Positions 42,122 through 53,842 of a stretch of 64,000 nucleotides of DNA are shown here, one piece after another (within the stretch, counting starts at the first letter, position 1; the number at the start of each line of letters is the position of its first letter). The stretch is taken from assembly GCA_001949185.1 (NCBI GenBank), contig BDGG01000001.1, forward strand, positions 186,001 to 250,000, read 5' to 3'. The DNA comes from Ramazzottius varieornatus. Lineage: Eukaryota > Animalia > Tardigrada. The position numbers and the translations under genes are program-made. The notes beneath the pieces are model-generated. The model had not been told where the DNA came from. It saw only the letters and a list, made by a program, of their open reading frames with translations, and did not search any database.

Positions 42122-45100
42122 ATGACCATCTTCGCGGCACTGCTTTTTCGACTAGTGACATTTGCCATGTTGACAATGTGGATATCTACTAGTAAGTCCT
42201 TACAGCATGTACCCTCCTCGTCTTGGACACTGCCCATCAGTTGGTAGGTTTCAGGTGCTGAAGCAGCCAGCCAGGGCGTGTGGACCCGTTGGGACGACTG
42301 GTCGCCCTGTGATGTTACTTGTGGTGGTGGCCATCGGACACGCTACCGAGCCTGCTTCCCCATCGGCGGACACTGTAATGGCAGCGCGGTGGAAACAGCG
42401 CCCTGTAAAATGAAAGAGTGCCCAGGTAAATTGATTCACAGAAATTTCAGTATTTCGACTGCTCGATTTTGACCTTGTGCCCTGAAAATTCATCGCTCTA
42501 AAACCTGAATTGACCGAATTAGTTTGTGACTAAAAGCTTGTGTACGGTTTTTTTTTGAACAGGTGTGGGAAGGTGGAGCAAATGGACGGACTGGACAGTA
42601 TGTAGCAAAAGCTGCGGGGTTGGAATGCAGACGCAATTTAGGAATTGCTTGTCCGATCAGTGTATCGGGGGTAATCGTCAAGTGCGACTCTGCAACATTG
42701 ATGCGTGCGCTGGTAAGGTTTCCCCTTTCCACTCTGATTGGTACCGGTACAAAACAAAGACATATATTCAGCAAAATTAGTATTAGGAGGATAAAATACT
42801 ATGTATTATACGTACACAGAGGTTACTGGAGAGGTCACAAAAGTAATATTAAATTAGGCAGGGTCAGGCTTACCGGCTTGACCAAAGGTCAGTGTCGTGC
42901 TTGTTCGTGGGCCACGCCCCCACATGCTGATTGGCTGTGATTCTGAACCATAGTCTACTGACTGTGTGAAGGGAAAGCAGTGGTCCATTTCATCAGTCAA
43001 CCTACTGATGTCTAGTCTCGATTCAAAACGAAAGACTCGTATAGTCTTCAAGTTCCGTATGAATGTTTTCCCTGGTCCCTTTAAAATTTTCTGCTCTACA
43101 AAGTAACTCTGCTACATCGGTCAACCAGGACATTTAAAACACTGTGGATGCACATTCTACCGCAGCCGATGTAAACAGGCGATCAGCTTTTGCGCTTGAT
43201 GCAGTATTGTGGTCTAGTTTTCAGACCTTAGTCAAACAGGTCAAGCTGGTCTTATTTTTATAGGACCAACTTGACCAAAGTAACATAAAAATAGGACAAC
43301 CAGTAGCATCCGCCTGAGCAAACTCCCGAAAGGCCAACATTACACCGATTTCAGTCAGTATCGTCAACATCTGGCCGAAGTTCAGTGGGAACACCTGTGG
43401 GAGAGAAGAGCAAAGGCGGTGATGGTGAGTGCCTTCAAGATCTGGACGAAAGGTTTCCCCGATGGTCAACTTCTGCTAGCCCCTGCCACCACGTCATGGC
43501 ATCCTCCAGTCCGGGTCACAAGACGCCAGGATGGCACGAAAGCTCTGCAAGACAGAGTTCGGGTCGTGGCAACATCAAGAATCAAAGAATTAGACCTTCT
43601 GAAAGTAGATACTGACAGTTTTGCCTACTTTGCCTGTGAATTAGTCAAGGACAAATACTTCTGTCCACCGTCTGCGAGTTGCAAAAGTCTGCCTGGACTC
43701 ACGTATTTCCTCGACCGTCTTGATCTGCGGAACTTCTCTTGGTGTGTGAAGAACATTGATGATTGTTTGAAGTAGTTGGTATGTTTTATACTTTGGTACT
43801 TTTCCTCTGGCTCTCTTGCCACATTTTTTAACTTGTGTCCAAGGCTGAGCTATTTTGCTGGCGATCATACACGAGTAAAGCTATTATTATTATTATTATC
43901 AAAACAGGGCTTGTCCTATTTTCATGTTTCTTTGTGACCTCTCCAGCAACCACTGTACGTACACGCACCTGGCCTAAGTGTGGGCTGAGACACAACTATG
44001 GGCCGCCCGTTTATCTCTGCGATCAGTGACTCGCTTGACTCCACTGAAGTTTATTCACCTAGCTCATGAATCTGCCATGTACTCTAGATGAAACGAAAAC
44101 AGTCGGCCTTCTCCTGGTTGGCTCAAACAAACGGGTGGCCGTGGTCCATAGTTGTGTACCGGCCCACGATTAGACCAGGTGCATGTACTTTTCCTCTAGC
44201 GCAGTCAGTAACCCGTAGAAAAATTGTCATGATTGTGGTCTTTTGTGGAGATTCTAGCTGCATTATAATGCGCATCACGTACAGAGACAGCTGTCACAGT
44301 GCCATAAATATATCAACATAATTTAGCAAAACTTAATTTTTGTCAGCCTTCGAGTAAATTTTCGGATGGGGTTGTCACAAGAGCACAAATTGTCTCTTTT
44401 AGTTTCTGGTGGCTGGAGCGCCTGGAACGAATGGAGCTCCTGCTCGGAGCCTTGCGGGATCGGTATACGCTACCAAGATCGAACGTGCGAAGACCCGGCA
44501 CCCGCAGCTGGCGGAGGAAACTGCAAAGGCGTCGGAACCAGAGTGGGCCACTGCTTCGAGAAGCCCTGTTCAGGTAGGCCTACTACCGCAATTTCACGTT
44601 GATCCCTGGCCCTTAAACGGGATCCCAACTTTGTAGATAAGTCGATCCAAGCCGGCGTATTTTACGGCGACTCATACTTAAGCTACGACAAAACATATTT
44701 TGCCAAGAAACTCCTCTCCCTCTTTATCAAATTCAAACCTTATGAAAGAGACGGCTTGATCGCCTACCGTCATCATGGCTCCAACGACACGACAGCTCGT
44801 CTCAACGACACGGTGATCCTTCGGCTGGACAGCGCGAAGCTAGCAGTCTTCTTGCAGTACGACGGCGTCCACAGCTGGATAGAGTCTACCGACGTCCTGG
44901 AGGTCAAAAAATGGCATAGCGTCTTCCTCACCATCGCTGGTAGTCGTGTAGTCCTCAGGGTGGATAACGGCGTCCCCATAGAGAAGCTCTTTGGAAATAT
45001 AAAAATGGAGAAAGTCGATTTGGATCAACAGATGTATGTTGGTGCTTTGAGCGAAGCCTTCAGCGCGTCAACTGGCATTAATTTCCCAGGTTTGTGGCAA

Positions 45101-48100
45101 GCCATTCAGTGTGGTAGTTCATCACTTTCTCGTTTCTGCCCTGCTTTGCATACAGTCAAGCGCGTCATGAAAACGGGAAGCCAGCAAACGGCTTCCAAGG
45201 TTTTCAGGCTCAAGTAGTGCACCTTTCCAGCCACTGGCTATAAAATCTTGCGCCACTTATAAAAGGTGAATTCAAAACGTTCAAGGTTGTTATTCGAAGT
45301 GGAGCACTCTTCCCCCAAATCACAGTCGCAACGTGCGCTACTTGAGAAAACAAACCCGACAATGGCGTTTGCCTGAGGGGGGACACGCCCTTGAACGATT
45401 CTGCTGATAAGGGGCACCACTTGGAGAAATAATCAGACTCGACAGGGTCGATTTATCATGTGGCGTACTCTTCCAGCCAATAAAAATAAGAATATGCGCC
45501 ATTTTAGATGACGATCGCGTAAGTTTATTTGCCGACCTCCCGAACGATGCCCGTTCCGCTAGCATTTGCGTTGTTTTGATTTACAGGTTTTGTTGGCCAC
45601 ATAGCCACCATTCGTGTAAACTACGAAGAGTACTTCCTGGATGATGTGGAAGAACCCTCGGTCAACCCGGAGACCAACCACCCTATGTACCGCCATTCCG
45701 TCGACATGAGCGAGATGGATTCGTTGGACCTCTACCCAATCTTCGGCGGCAGTGACTACACCGTCTTTACCTGTTTCAACTGCAAGGGCCAGCCCGATTT
45801 CCAAATCGAAGTTATCATCAAACCCTTTGATACCTCCGCCGGCGTCATCTGGTCAAACTTTGGCCACAACCCTGGGTCTTACGTCATTCTGTACCTGTAC
45901 GAAAGCACGCTGATACTAGCAGTCAACTTGGGCGCAGGGAAGACCTGGACTACCACCGAACCGATCGCTGTAAGGAAACCGTTTTTCTCACCAAAATACA
46001 AGAACAGGACGCCAGATGTGTTTGTCCAGATTAACATCTCAAGCGGCGAACTTTTCCATTGTTAGTCGCTGAGGGCGTATGCCACTTGAAAACGATCTGA
46101 GTTAATTCATTTGTCCACTTGTCAAGTATATTAACGCGCAGAAATTCAAATTAAAGCAACTTTCCGAACAGTTATTTTTTTGTTTTTTTGTGGATAGATA
46201 GGCGCGTGGTTGACAATTTCCGTGGCGATACTAAGTAAGCAAGTGAAGCTTCGCATCAACCACGAGAGAGCATACCTGCTGGCGTTAGAGGGTGACGCGT
46301 TCAACGCTTCCCGAGCTGTCCACTTTGCCGGGGGAGAAGCCAACTATTGGACCTTGCTGTACCTCGCTACCGAACAAGTGAAAGGTTTCCGCGGGATCCT
46401 GTACAGCATCAACATCAACAAGGACGACCATAACGTCTTACGGGAAGTCGTTACGAGGGAGACTGGTCGCATGGTCAGTCTGGAATCTTCCAGCATTGCC
46501 GGTAATAACAAATAAATAAAATATTCCCCTTCAACAAGGATAATACTTTGATTTTTTCATAGCTCGGTACGATGAGTTTCATGAGCCGCCAGTCTCCGAA
46601 GTGGAGTTTCAATGTGATTTTTCGGCTCATGAGGAGAAACTGGGCGTGTCGGGTGGGATAGCGTTCTGGCTGCGGGAGTCGGAGATGATCCAGAACTTTA
46701 CGGGCATTGCCATACAAAAGGTATTGTAAATATTGGCGATAGTTTGTCCGGTCGGCTTTAAACAGTCCATAGGTTCCAGGCATGAAGCACGCCACCAAAA
46801 TGATCCTCCGTAATCGAGAAGTGGGCGAGAAGGACGGCTTTTACGGATGTCTACTGCGGACGGCCCATCAGGAAATCCTCGTCCACGTCTTCGGCGTCAG
46901 CTTCGACGACGCCAACGGTACGTCTCCGTTGCGGCGGAAGTCCACACTTTGAAACTCGCTTTTGCCAGCCTCGGGTTGTTTATGCATTTCAGAAATCGAT
47001 TACGTCGACGTTGGAGAATCAGTGGCACTGGTTGCGGCCATTTTGGGTTCTTTGTTCGCCATCGCTGCTCTGGCTCTTATACTACGCTCGGGTCTCTTGC
47101 GCAGGTTGGTCATATTTTCTTACAGGGACCGGCAATCGGAAAATGAAACGATTAAATAATGCAAAGAACCATCACTATTTTATGAGCTTCTTGCTTCGCC
47201 TGCCTTTTTTACGACGAACAGTCGAGTCTCTTTGGGCGTCCAGCTGAAACTGTCATAGTCGATGTCCAGGTCCATTGCCGAACAGCCAGTTTCGGGCACT
47301 TTACTACGATATTTCTATGTCTTTGCAGTCGCTCGTCGCTTCAAGATAATAATTGCTCTTTTAGATTCCCGCCGTACAACGCCCTCTTACGTCGTCTTCC
47401 CAGTTGGATGTCGCCCGAAGACCGCAAGAACCTGCTGCTACGCCACACCGACAGCCTTCGTCGAGCCGGTGAGCTGCCCGAAGACTACCTCAAAGAACTG
47501 TACAAGCTGCAGTCTAAAGCCGTCCAAGTACCTTCCCTCACCACGCTGGGCGCCAACCCCACTCGTCAACCTCCACTCCACGACGTGGAGTACCGGCCCT
47601 ACTCGTCGGCTTACGACGATACCGACTCAGACTACGACGCTCCAGTACCCGCCAAGAAGTCTGACGGCACCCTCTTCCCCCAACCACTTATCCCTTCACG
47701 GCCTCGCGGACCTCTCAACCTAATGCCCATCCCACCGCACATCAAGAAAGACCCACAGAAGAACTTACCCAAAGCCTATGACACCGACAGATCAGCGCAT
47801 ACTCCCACCAGAACGACCAGTTATGATACGAGCACCACGCAAAACACTACATCAAAACAGAGCAGTAGAAAACCAAGAAGTCATAAAACGACGACGGAGT
47901 CTGAGGACGACGATAGTGAGGATAGTTTCGAACTGAAAACGATCTCCAGTACGGATAGGGAAGCCAGGAGAAAGGCTGACAAAGCAACGTACAAGAGACC
48001 GCGCCACAAAGCCGCAAGGAACAATTCACCTGCAAGAGGCAAGGTAAAATTTAACAGAAGGGATGGACGAGATGAGGAGGAAGAAGACAAGGAAGCACCG

Positions 48101-48628
48101 AGGAGAAACCAAAAGAAGAAGCTTACTCGTCCTCAACGTTCCTACGAGACCTTTCCTTTCCACAATCAGGACACTCGAACCCATCGAACACCGCAGCTGA
48201 CTCCGAGAAGAAACTCGGCCAACGCCGTTGGCAGATCGTATGGTCAGCCAGGTGGACTAGCCACGCCTTCTGGTCGGGGCTACGCAGCACGGCCTGGACA
48301 GCATCCCCAGTTTGCGCCTACGCCCATGCAGCCACAGGTATACTCTGCGCCTACTCACCCTGTGGAAGCTTACGGGCCAGTAGGACCTGGCTTTGTTATG
48401 CAACGGCCAGTGGCGCCACAGAGTAATCTGGCGTACCATCAGGAGTGGCCCCCTCAACCGGAAGATGCCTATGGTCAACCTGTTGACGAGTATGAGCAGG
48501 AGTGGACTGGTCAGGGAGCTGATGGACAGGGCTTGATGTACGATGAAGCGGGCAATGCTTTTTATCCTCCTCCTCCACAGGAGTTGGCTGGTTATGATGC
48601 ACAAGGCAATCAGCTTTTCTATCAGTGA
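42122..48628 (+). CDS. Type-I membrane protein with thrombospondin type-1 repeats, two laminin-G-like domains and a long low-complexity cytoplasmic tail
   Basis: Signal MTIFAALLFRLVTFAMLTMWISTSAEA; TSP1 repeats WTRWDDWSPCDVTCGGG, WSKWTDWTVCSKSCGVG and WSAWNEWSSCSEPCGIG; LamG FYGDSYL..IKFKPYERDGLIAY..KWHSV..LRVDN; second LamG FGGSDY..IIKPFDTSAGVIW..GFRGI; TM VALVAAILGSLFAIAALALIL; tail ORF 47408-48628. The exons between 42.7 and 44.4 kb are uncertain. Confidence 0.8.
45216..46125. repeat. Two AAGTGGCGCAC hairpin-unit clusters in introns (45216-45505 and 46040-46125)
   Basis: tgcgccactt, aagtggagcac, cgtgcgctacttg, gcaccacttgg, gtggcgtac, tatgccacttg. Confidence 0.7.
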
Positions 48629-48962
48629 TCTATTCTATCGGCGTTTCCAAATTCATGCCTATTTTGGAAATACTGTTCGCTGTCCTTTAGGGTGCAGCAT
48701 TGCTCTCTGGATGTCCTTCGTTCCTCTTTTGTGATGGAATGAAACAACGCTTATTTTTCTGGAGATCATTCTTATTCTTCTTCCCGTAACTTATCAAACT
48801 ATACTTTCTATTTTCTTCTCCCTTAAAATGATAAAATGAACTCGCACTTGTGCCTGAAAATTCAGAAGCACCTGCAGGAAGACGAGTACTGACAAGTTCA
48901 GCAAACACGTGAAAGCCAGGGAATATTAAAAGTCATCAAACAAGGAAGCCAAGACAAAATGC

Positions 48963-49008
48963 ACAGAAAAGTACTTTTCCGCAGAAAAGTACTTTTCCGC
49001 AGAAAAGT
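48963..49008. repeat. 18-bp tandem repeat (about 2.5 copies) with an internal palindrome GAAAAGTACTTTTC
   Basis: cagaaaagtacttttccg cagaaaagtacttttccg cagaaaagt. Confidence 0.8.
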
Positions 49009-49086
49009 CTCTGAGGAAAAATAGGAACACTTGGATCGGAAGAGTAAGTTTGGAAGGAGAAATTCTCGAAAAATATCTTGGGCGTC

Positions 49087-51577
49087 TTAGTCATCCAAAA
49101 TCACGATCGAATGATCCCGATTGATCGCAGCTGGTCTATCGTTGATCACTGGAAAAGAAGAAACCGAACAGAAAATAATGTATTTTCTGAAAAATAATAT
49201 TCTCAATTTTTTTGACGAAATATTCCTTACCAAAAGTATTCATGTTCTTCAGCACTTTCTTCTCTCGGACAACTAGCCGATCTTTTTCGGCGACGATGTC
49301 GACCGTTGGCTTGGAAGTAAAGGCCAGAACATCAGTCATGAATCTGCCAGATAAAGCCTCTGCTTAATCGGCACAAAAAAAGTCAACTGAATTTTCTTAC
49401 TCGTCAAGAATGAGGTCTTCAAAAGGCACCGAAATCTTGCACCTGGGGCATGTCCACTTGGGCTTGCGGAACCTGTTGGCTTCCAAGTAGCTGGCTGCGC
49501 TAAAACACTCGACATGTCGGCATTCGCGACCACGAACAGGGATATCCAGAGGCTTGAGCGAGAGTGGGCAGATGAGGTTGACGATGCTCGAACCGCTCAT
49601 GATGCCATCGTCGTCGTCTGGCGACAGAATCTGGAAGGCTGCAAACATGCCGATTTTTTGGAAAGCTCTTTGTCATCCAGGTAACCATAAAAACTTCCGA
49701 GTCCTTATTCGACTTCGCAAAAAAAATCAAAAGCTTGCAAGACCACCTCGACAAGATTGCTTCTTCAAGTGACGAACGCTCGCAGCCAACAACACTGGAA
49801 ATGTGCGCCACTTGTAACAACTATCTCGATCAGATCATTTTTCCCAAGTAACGCATATCTTCACCCAATTACAACGAAAACGTGCGCCGCTTTAAAGAAC
49901 AATTGAACGCGACAAGTTCGCTTTCTAAGTGGCGCACACGTTCGGTGTCATAGGCTGAGAACGTGCGCCAGTCAGGAAAACGAACATCGTCTTCCCAAGC
50001 GGCGCACGCACCCAGCCTAAAACTCTGGAAACGTGCGCCACTCAAAAGAACAACCAAACTCGACAAAATCGTTCTCTCCAGTGGCGCGTTTCCAGTGTCA
50101 ACGGCAAAGAGCGTGTGCCACTTGTGAAGAAAACTTTGTCTGCATAGCTCCCGTTTAAAAAACGTGTACCACGAAGAGCGCCGTCAGCGATTGACAATTT
50201 ACGTTGCTGCACTTCTCGGACCAGTTCTTCTGTGGGTCGGCGTCTGGTCAGCTCGACGTGCATTATGAAGTCCTGCAATGCAACGCACCACAATGAGAAG
50301 AAACTCAGACAAACAAAACTCAGCCTTTGGAAATATTTACAGACTGAAATTACTGGACTTACTTCCTCTGCATCGTTCTGCCTGACAGTATACTCCACAA
50401 TCAGATTGACAGAGATGGGTCTACCGGTGGCCAGATTCGTCGAAGATCGGAGGAACTCCTTCTTGAGCTCAATCGGGGCCGCTACTAATGGTTTATCAGC
50501 GGCGATCCCGTAGTTGACATTTTCCTACAAGAGAGACCATTCCATCAAGGCAGCACTGCGGGGACAATGCACAAACCAGCTGACTAACGTCACCCGACAA
50601 TAATTCAACGGGTTGATTGGCTACAACTGTCTGGCTTGATTGAGGCGGGACAACTCACCACTTTGAGGACGATATTCCCGTTGCAGGTTATCTGCAGATT
50701 GTCGGGATTCACATCCACAGCGGGCGACGTGAACATGGGCGCATAACGCGCGAACCTCACGAGAACGACGTGGGTGGCCTCAGGAAATTCGAGATCGACG
50801 GAAAAGGAGTGGAGAATGCTTCGGTTGACTCCACGACGCTCCATGGTCGGATGAGTGCCTGAAACGAAACAAGACGATGAATGCAACTCGAAGCTTTCTA
50901 CAACGGACAGACACCGTACCTGTTTGGACACCAGGACTTATGACTTTCAAAGGTTCATAGAAGAGCGGCGGTAGGAGAGCAGCTTGTGGAATCAAAGCTC
51001 TGGGAATGACTGAAGGCAGCACAACTTTGGCTGACGGATCAACGGCATACAGACGTTGGTCGCAGTCGTTGATTGCTTGATTGAACGCCGGTCGGGCGAC
51101 CTTCTTCTTCTGGACTTGTTCCACCACTTTCTCCAGCTTCTCCACCTTGACATTCTCCTTCTTCTGGGCCAAAGCACGGTTACGGAATTCAGCAACAGCA
51201 TCTGGAGTTTTTTCTTTGGAAGCTCTGGCTCTGACCTCCGCTCCGGCTTTGGTTGCAGCAGGAGGAGGCTGCGGCTGGAGAGGGACGGAAGATTGGCGCG
51301 GACGAAGCGAGGCTAAGTGACGGTTCGGTGGTGGTGGAAGGGCTGCAGCAAGGGGTATTTCTTCATCGCTTTCTTTCTCTTCTTCACTCTCACTCTCCAC
51401 CATCCGTGGACGAGCTACGGGTTTCCTGACCCGACGAACGGGAGATGCAGGTGGATCAGCTTTGGTCTTTTTAGGCCGACCTGGTCGTGCTGCCTTCATT
51501 GGAGAGCGTGACTTGGTGGATCCTGATCCTCTACCGGCCAGCAGGCGGTAAGCGTTGCTCATGGACTTCTCACTCAT
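49087..51577 (-). CDS. PIAS/Siz-like SP-RING (zf-MIZ) SUMO E3 ligase
   Basis: VNLICPLSLKPLDIPVRGRECRHVECFSAASYLEAN..PKWTCPRC..DLILDE|FMTDVL; upstream PINIT-like region (PLFYEPLKVI..VLVRFA..PDNLQITCNG..RPISVN); C-terminal SIM-like SIVILDD*. Confidence 0.88.
49747..50130. repeat. Largest AAGTGGCGCAC hairpin-unit array (5 tandem units of about 80 bp, PIAS-like intron)
   Basis: Ten cores in alternating orientation at about 49766, 49803, 49845, 49881, 49927, 49962, 49996, 50032, 50079 and 50112. Confidence 0.9.
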
Positions 51578-52015
51578 ACCTGCAACACGAAACAACATAG
51601 AAGAGACACCATAGGGAAGAGATCGGCTGGAAGAATATCGTTTTCTCACTCTGATTTGTCTTGCTCAAGTGCCGTTTGACGACTGGCACGGGTAGTCTGG
51701 TGGTTACTGGAACCAGAGTTATTTGAAGCAATCAGATCAGTAAGGAGAAGGCGGGACCGAATCTTGGCAAGCAAAATTCTTTGTACCTGTCAGTTGGCTA
51801 GTGGCCCACTTGATTGGGCAGTCTCCGCGATGACGTTGAAGCGGAAATTGTATAGTACCGAGCCACCGACGAAGAAACGGCTGTGTTGCAAATCCTTAAC
51901 AACGAGGAATCCTTCGCGTCAGAAAATTCTGCTATACTCAGAGAACGCTCATTTCGATACACTCGACAGTGTGTTGTTATACTCTCGACGAAATTGTTCG
52001 GAATACTAAACGATC

Positions 52016-53311
52016 ATGATGGCAAAGTCTGAATGGGAACCAGAAGAAAGTTTCTACGATGACAGTAGCAATAACGGAAAGATCCAAACGAAGTCGGTAA
52101 AGCATCTGTCTACTGTTGACATTCTTCCCGGCACGGAATTTGCCAAAGGTAACCCTGTACTCCACTCAAAGACTTTCCAACCCACCAATGAATTACTCCA
52201 AAATCAAGATTATGCCCGAAAGCGGGATCTTATTCAGCACGTGGTCAAAAGCATGGTGTCTCGCGTTCAGCACCACCTGGACGGTTCGCGCATCAGCAAC
52301 GTCCTCACCGACATGACGGCACATCTTCGAGTAGCGCTCTTACTTCTAGTCCTACTCTTCTGTACCGACGAGTCGAAGCTGCAACACATAGGAGACAATA
52401 TCCACAGGACGTTGGTACTGATGCGTCTTCAGCTCGCGCTGTCCAATGTCATAGGCAGTGTCCAAGAGAAGCCAAATATGCCATCGGAAGATGCCAGTGG
52501 AAAAGAGATATCTGTTGGTTCGTTCGGATCAAACTCTCACCTGCAACATTTGGGCGCTCTGAAGGAAACGTTCAGTACGCTGTGCATGTATTTTCGTGAC
52601 ACTTTTGACTACCGGAAATTTCATACCATGGAAGAAATTTTCGCGGAAAAACTGGCGGCGTCCAAACACTTCATCTGGATCCACCGACTAGAAGGTAGAC
52701 TTGCCGAATGCTGTCGTGCCGCGGACCATGGCTGACTACAAGCTGGCAGTGTCTTTGTAGACATGGTAGCAGAAGTGATCAAGACCATTTTGGGCAAGTG
52801 CAAACGAAATCCTTACGATAGTAAAGAGATAGAACGGACGATACACAACATGGGATTGCCGATAAGAAAGCGCAAGCTGAGTTAGAATGGACTCAAAGGC
52901 GGTTCCAGGAGCAGATGACCAAGTATCAAGAGATCCACGGGCAACTTCAAGCTCAGGTAGACAGTCGGTACATTCCTTCATGTGCATGCTTAAACCCTTC
53001 TTGTTGTCTTGTAGGTCCAGACTAATCAGAACATCATTTATCGCAACCTGATGGAAGTCAAGTCTTTACGGCATCACTTCAAGCAAAACGCCGACGCACG
53101 ACAAGAGGATGAGACGAAACGCCACCTGGCCAAGATGGCAAAGTTCACAAGGATACGGGGCGACACCGCGGCCAAGATGGCAAAGTTCACAAGGATACGG
53201 GGCGATACCGATGGCAAGACCGCTGACTTTGAAAAAGTTGTTGCACATTTTTATTCAAACGACAAAAGCGTCATATGCGGTATTAGTGCCAGGATATGCG
53301 GCGGGGGTTAG
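52016..53311 (+). pseudogene. Uncharacterised helical/coiled-coil gene, probably disrupted
   Basis: A 239-aa ORF ends at TGA 52733-52735. Coding-like coiled-coil sequence continues in shifted frames (KAQAELEWTQRRFQEQMTKYQEIHGQLQAQ|VQTNQNIIYRNLMEVKSLR) across a GT-AG intron. Confidence 0.45.
53128..53211 (+). repeat. 42-bp in-frame tandem duplication (AKMAKFTRIRGDT x2)
   Basis: ggccaagatggcaaagttcacaaggatacggggcga occurs twice, 42 bp apart. Confidence 0.95.
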
Positions 53312-53842
53312 TTCATCAAACTGCACAGCATGTTCAAAGCCCCGTTAGTTTGCTTGAGATATTGCGCGTAATCGCACATGGGGTGGAGGTGACAGAGATG
53401 CTGGCAGGTGTTGGCCGCTGGGACGGCGACGCTGGCCGAAGTGCGCTGAGCGTGAACGTAGACATGGCCAGGTACATGGTGGAATTGTTTATCGCTGTAG
53501 CCGGCCACCACTATGTCCTCGTTTCGGCTAAAGGAGAAGCTGGCGCTGAAGGCCGTCTTTGCCAAAAGACGGCAAATGCCGCTTTCCATGTTGAAACTGA
53601 CCATGCGGCAGCGCGGCCCACTGTGGAGCCATGATGCCCGGCATTCCTCCAAGCAGGCGTAGACTGTCAGCGGTCCGCTAACAGGCTGTGGCGTTGGCTT
53701 CGTACCCTTGAACAACTATCCTTTGCGACTGCGCTAAAGCTAATCCACCATCCTGGGGAGTCCTCACTTCGGCGCCAGTCACGCTAACAAGAGCTACACC
53801 GACGGCGACCAGCATAAAGTTGCAAAATAATGGCCAAGACAT
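53308..53842 (-). CDS. Small secreted PAN/apple-domain-like protein (may be decayed)
   Basis: Signal MSWPLFCNFMLVAVGVALVSVTGAE; PAN-like TVYACLEEC..CRMVSFN..GICRL and TCQHLCHLHPMCDYAQY..CSL. Joining the two frames needs a 52-nt intron or a frameshift. Confidence 0.55.

Noticed and set aside
43419-43775. 118-aa ORF inside the TSP1-LamG gene
   Set aside because: It has no motif and no clear splice sites in the host frame, so I cannot tell exon from insertion.
49747-50130. Repeat-spacer array that looks superficially like CRISPR
   Set aside because: The cores alternate in orientation, are short and degenerate, and lie in eukaryotic introns. No cas genes are present.
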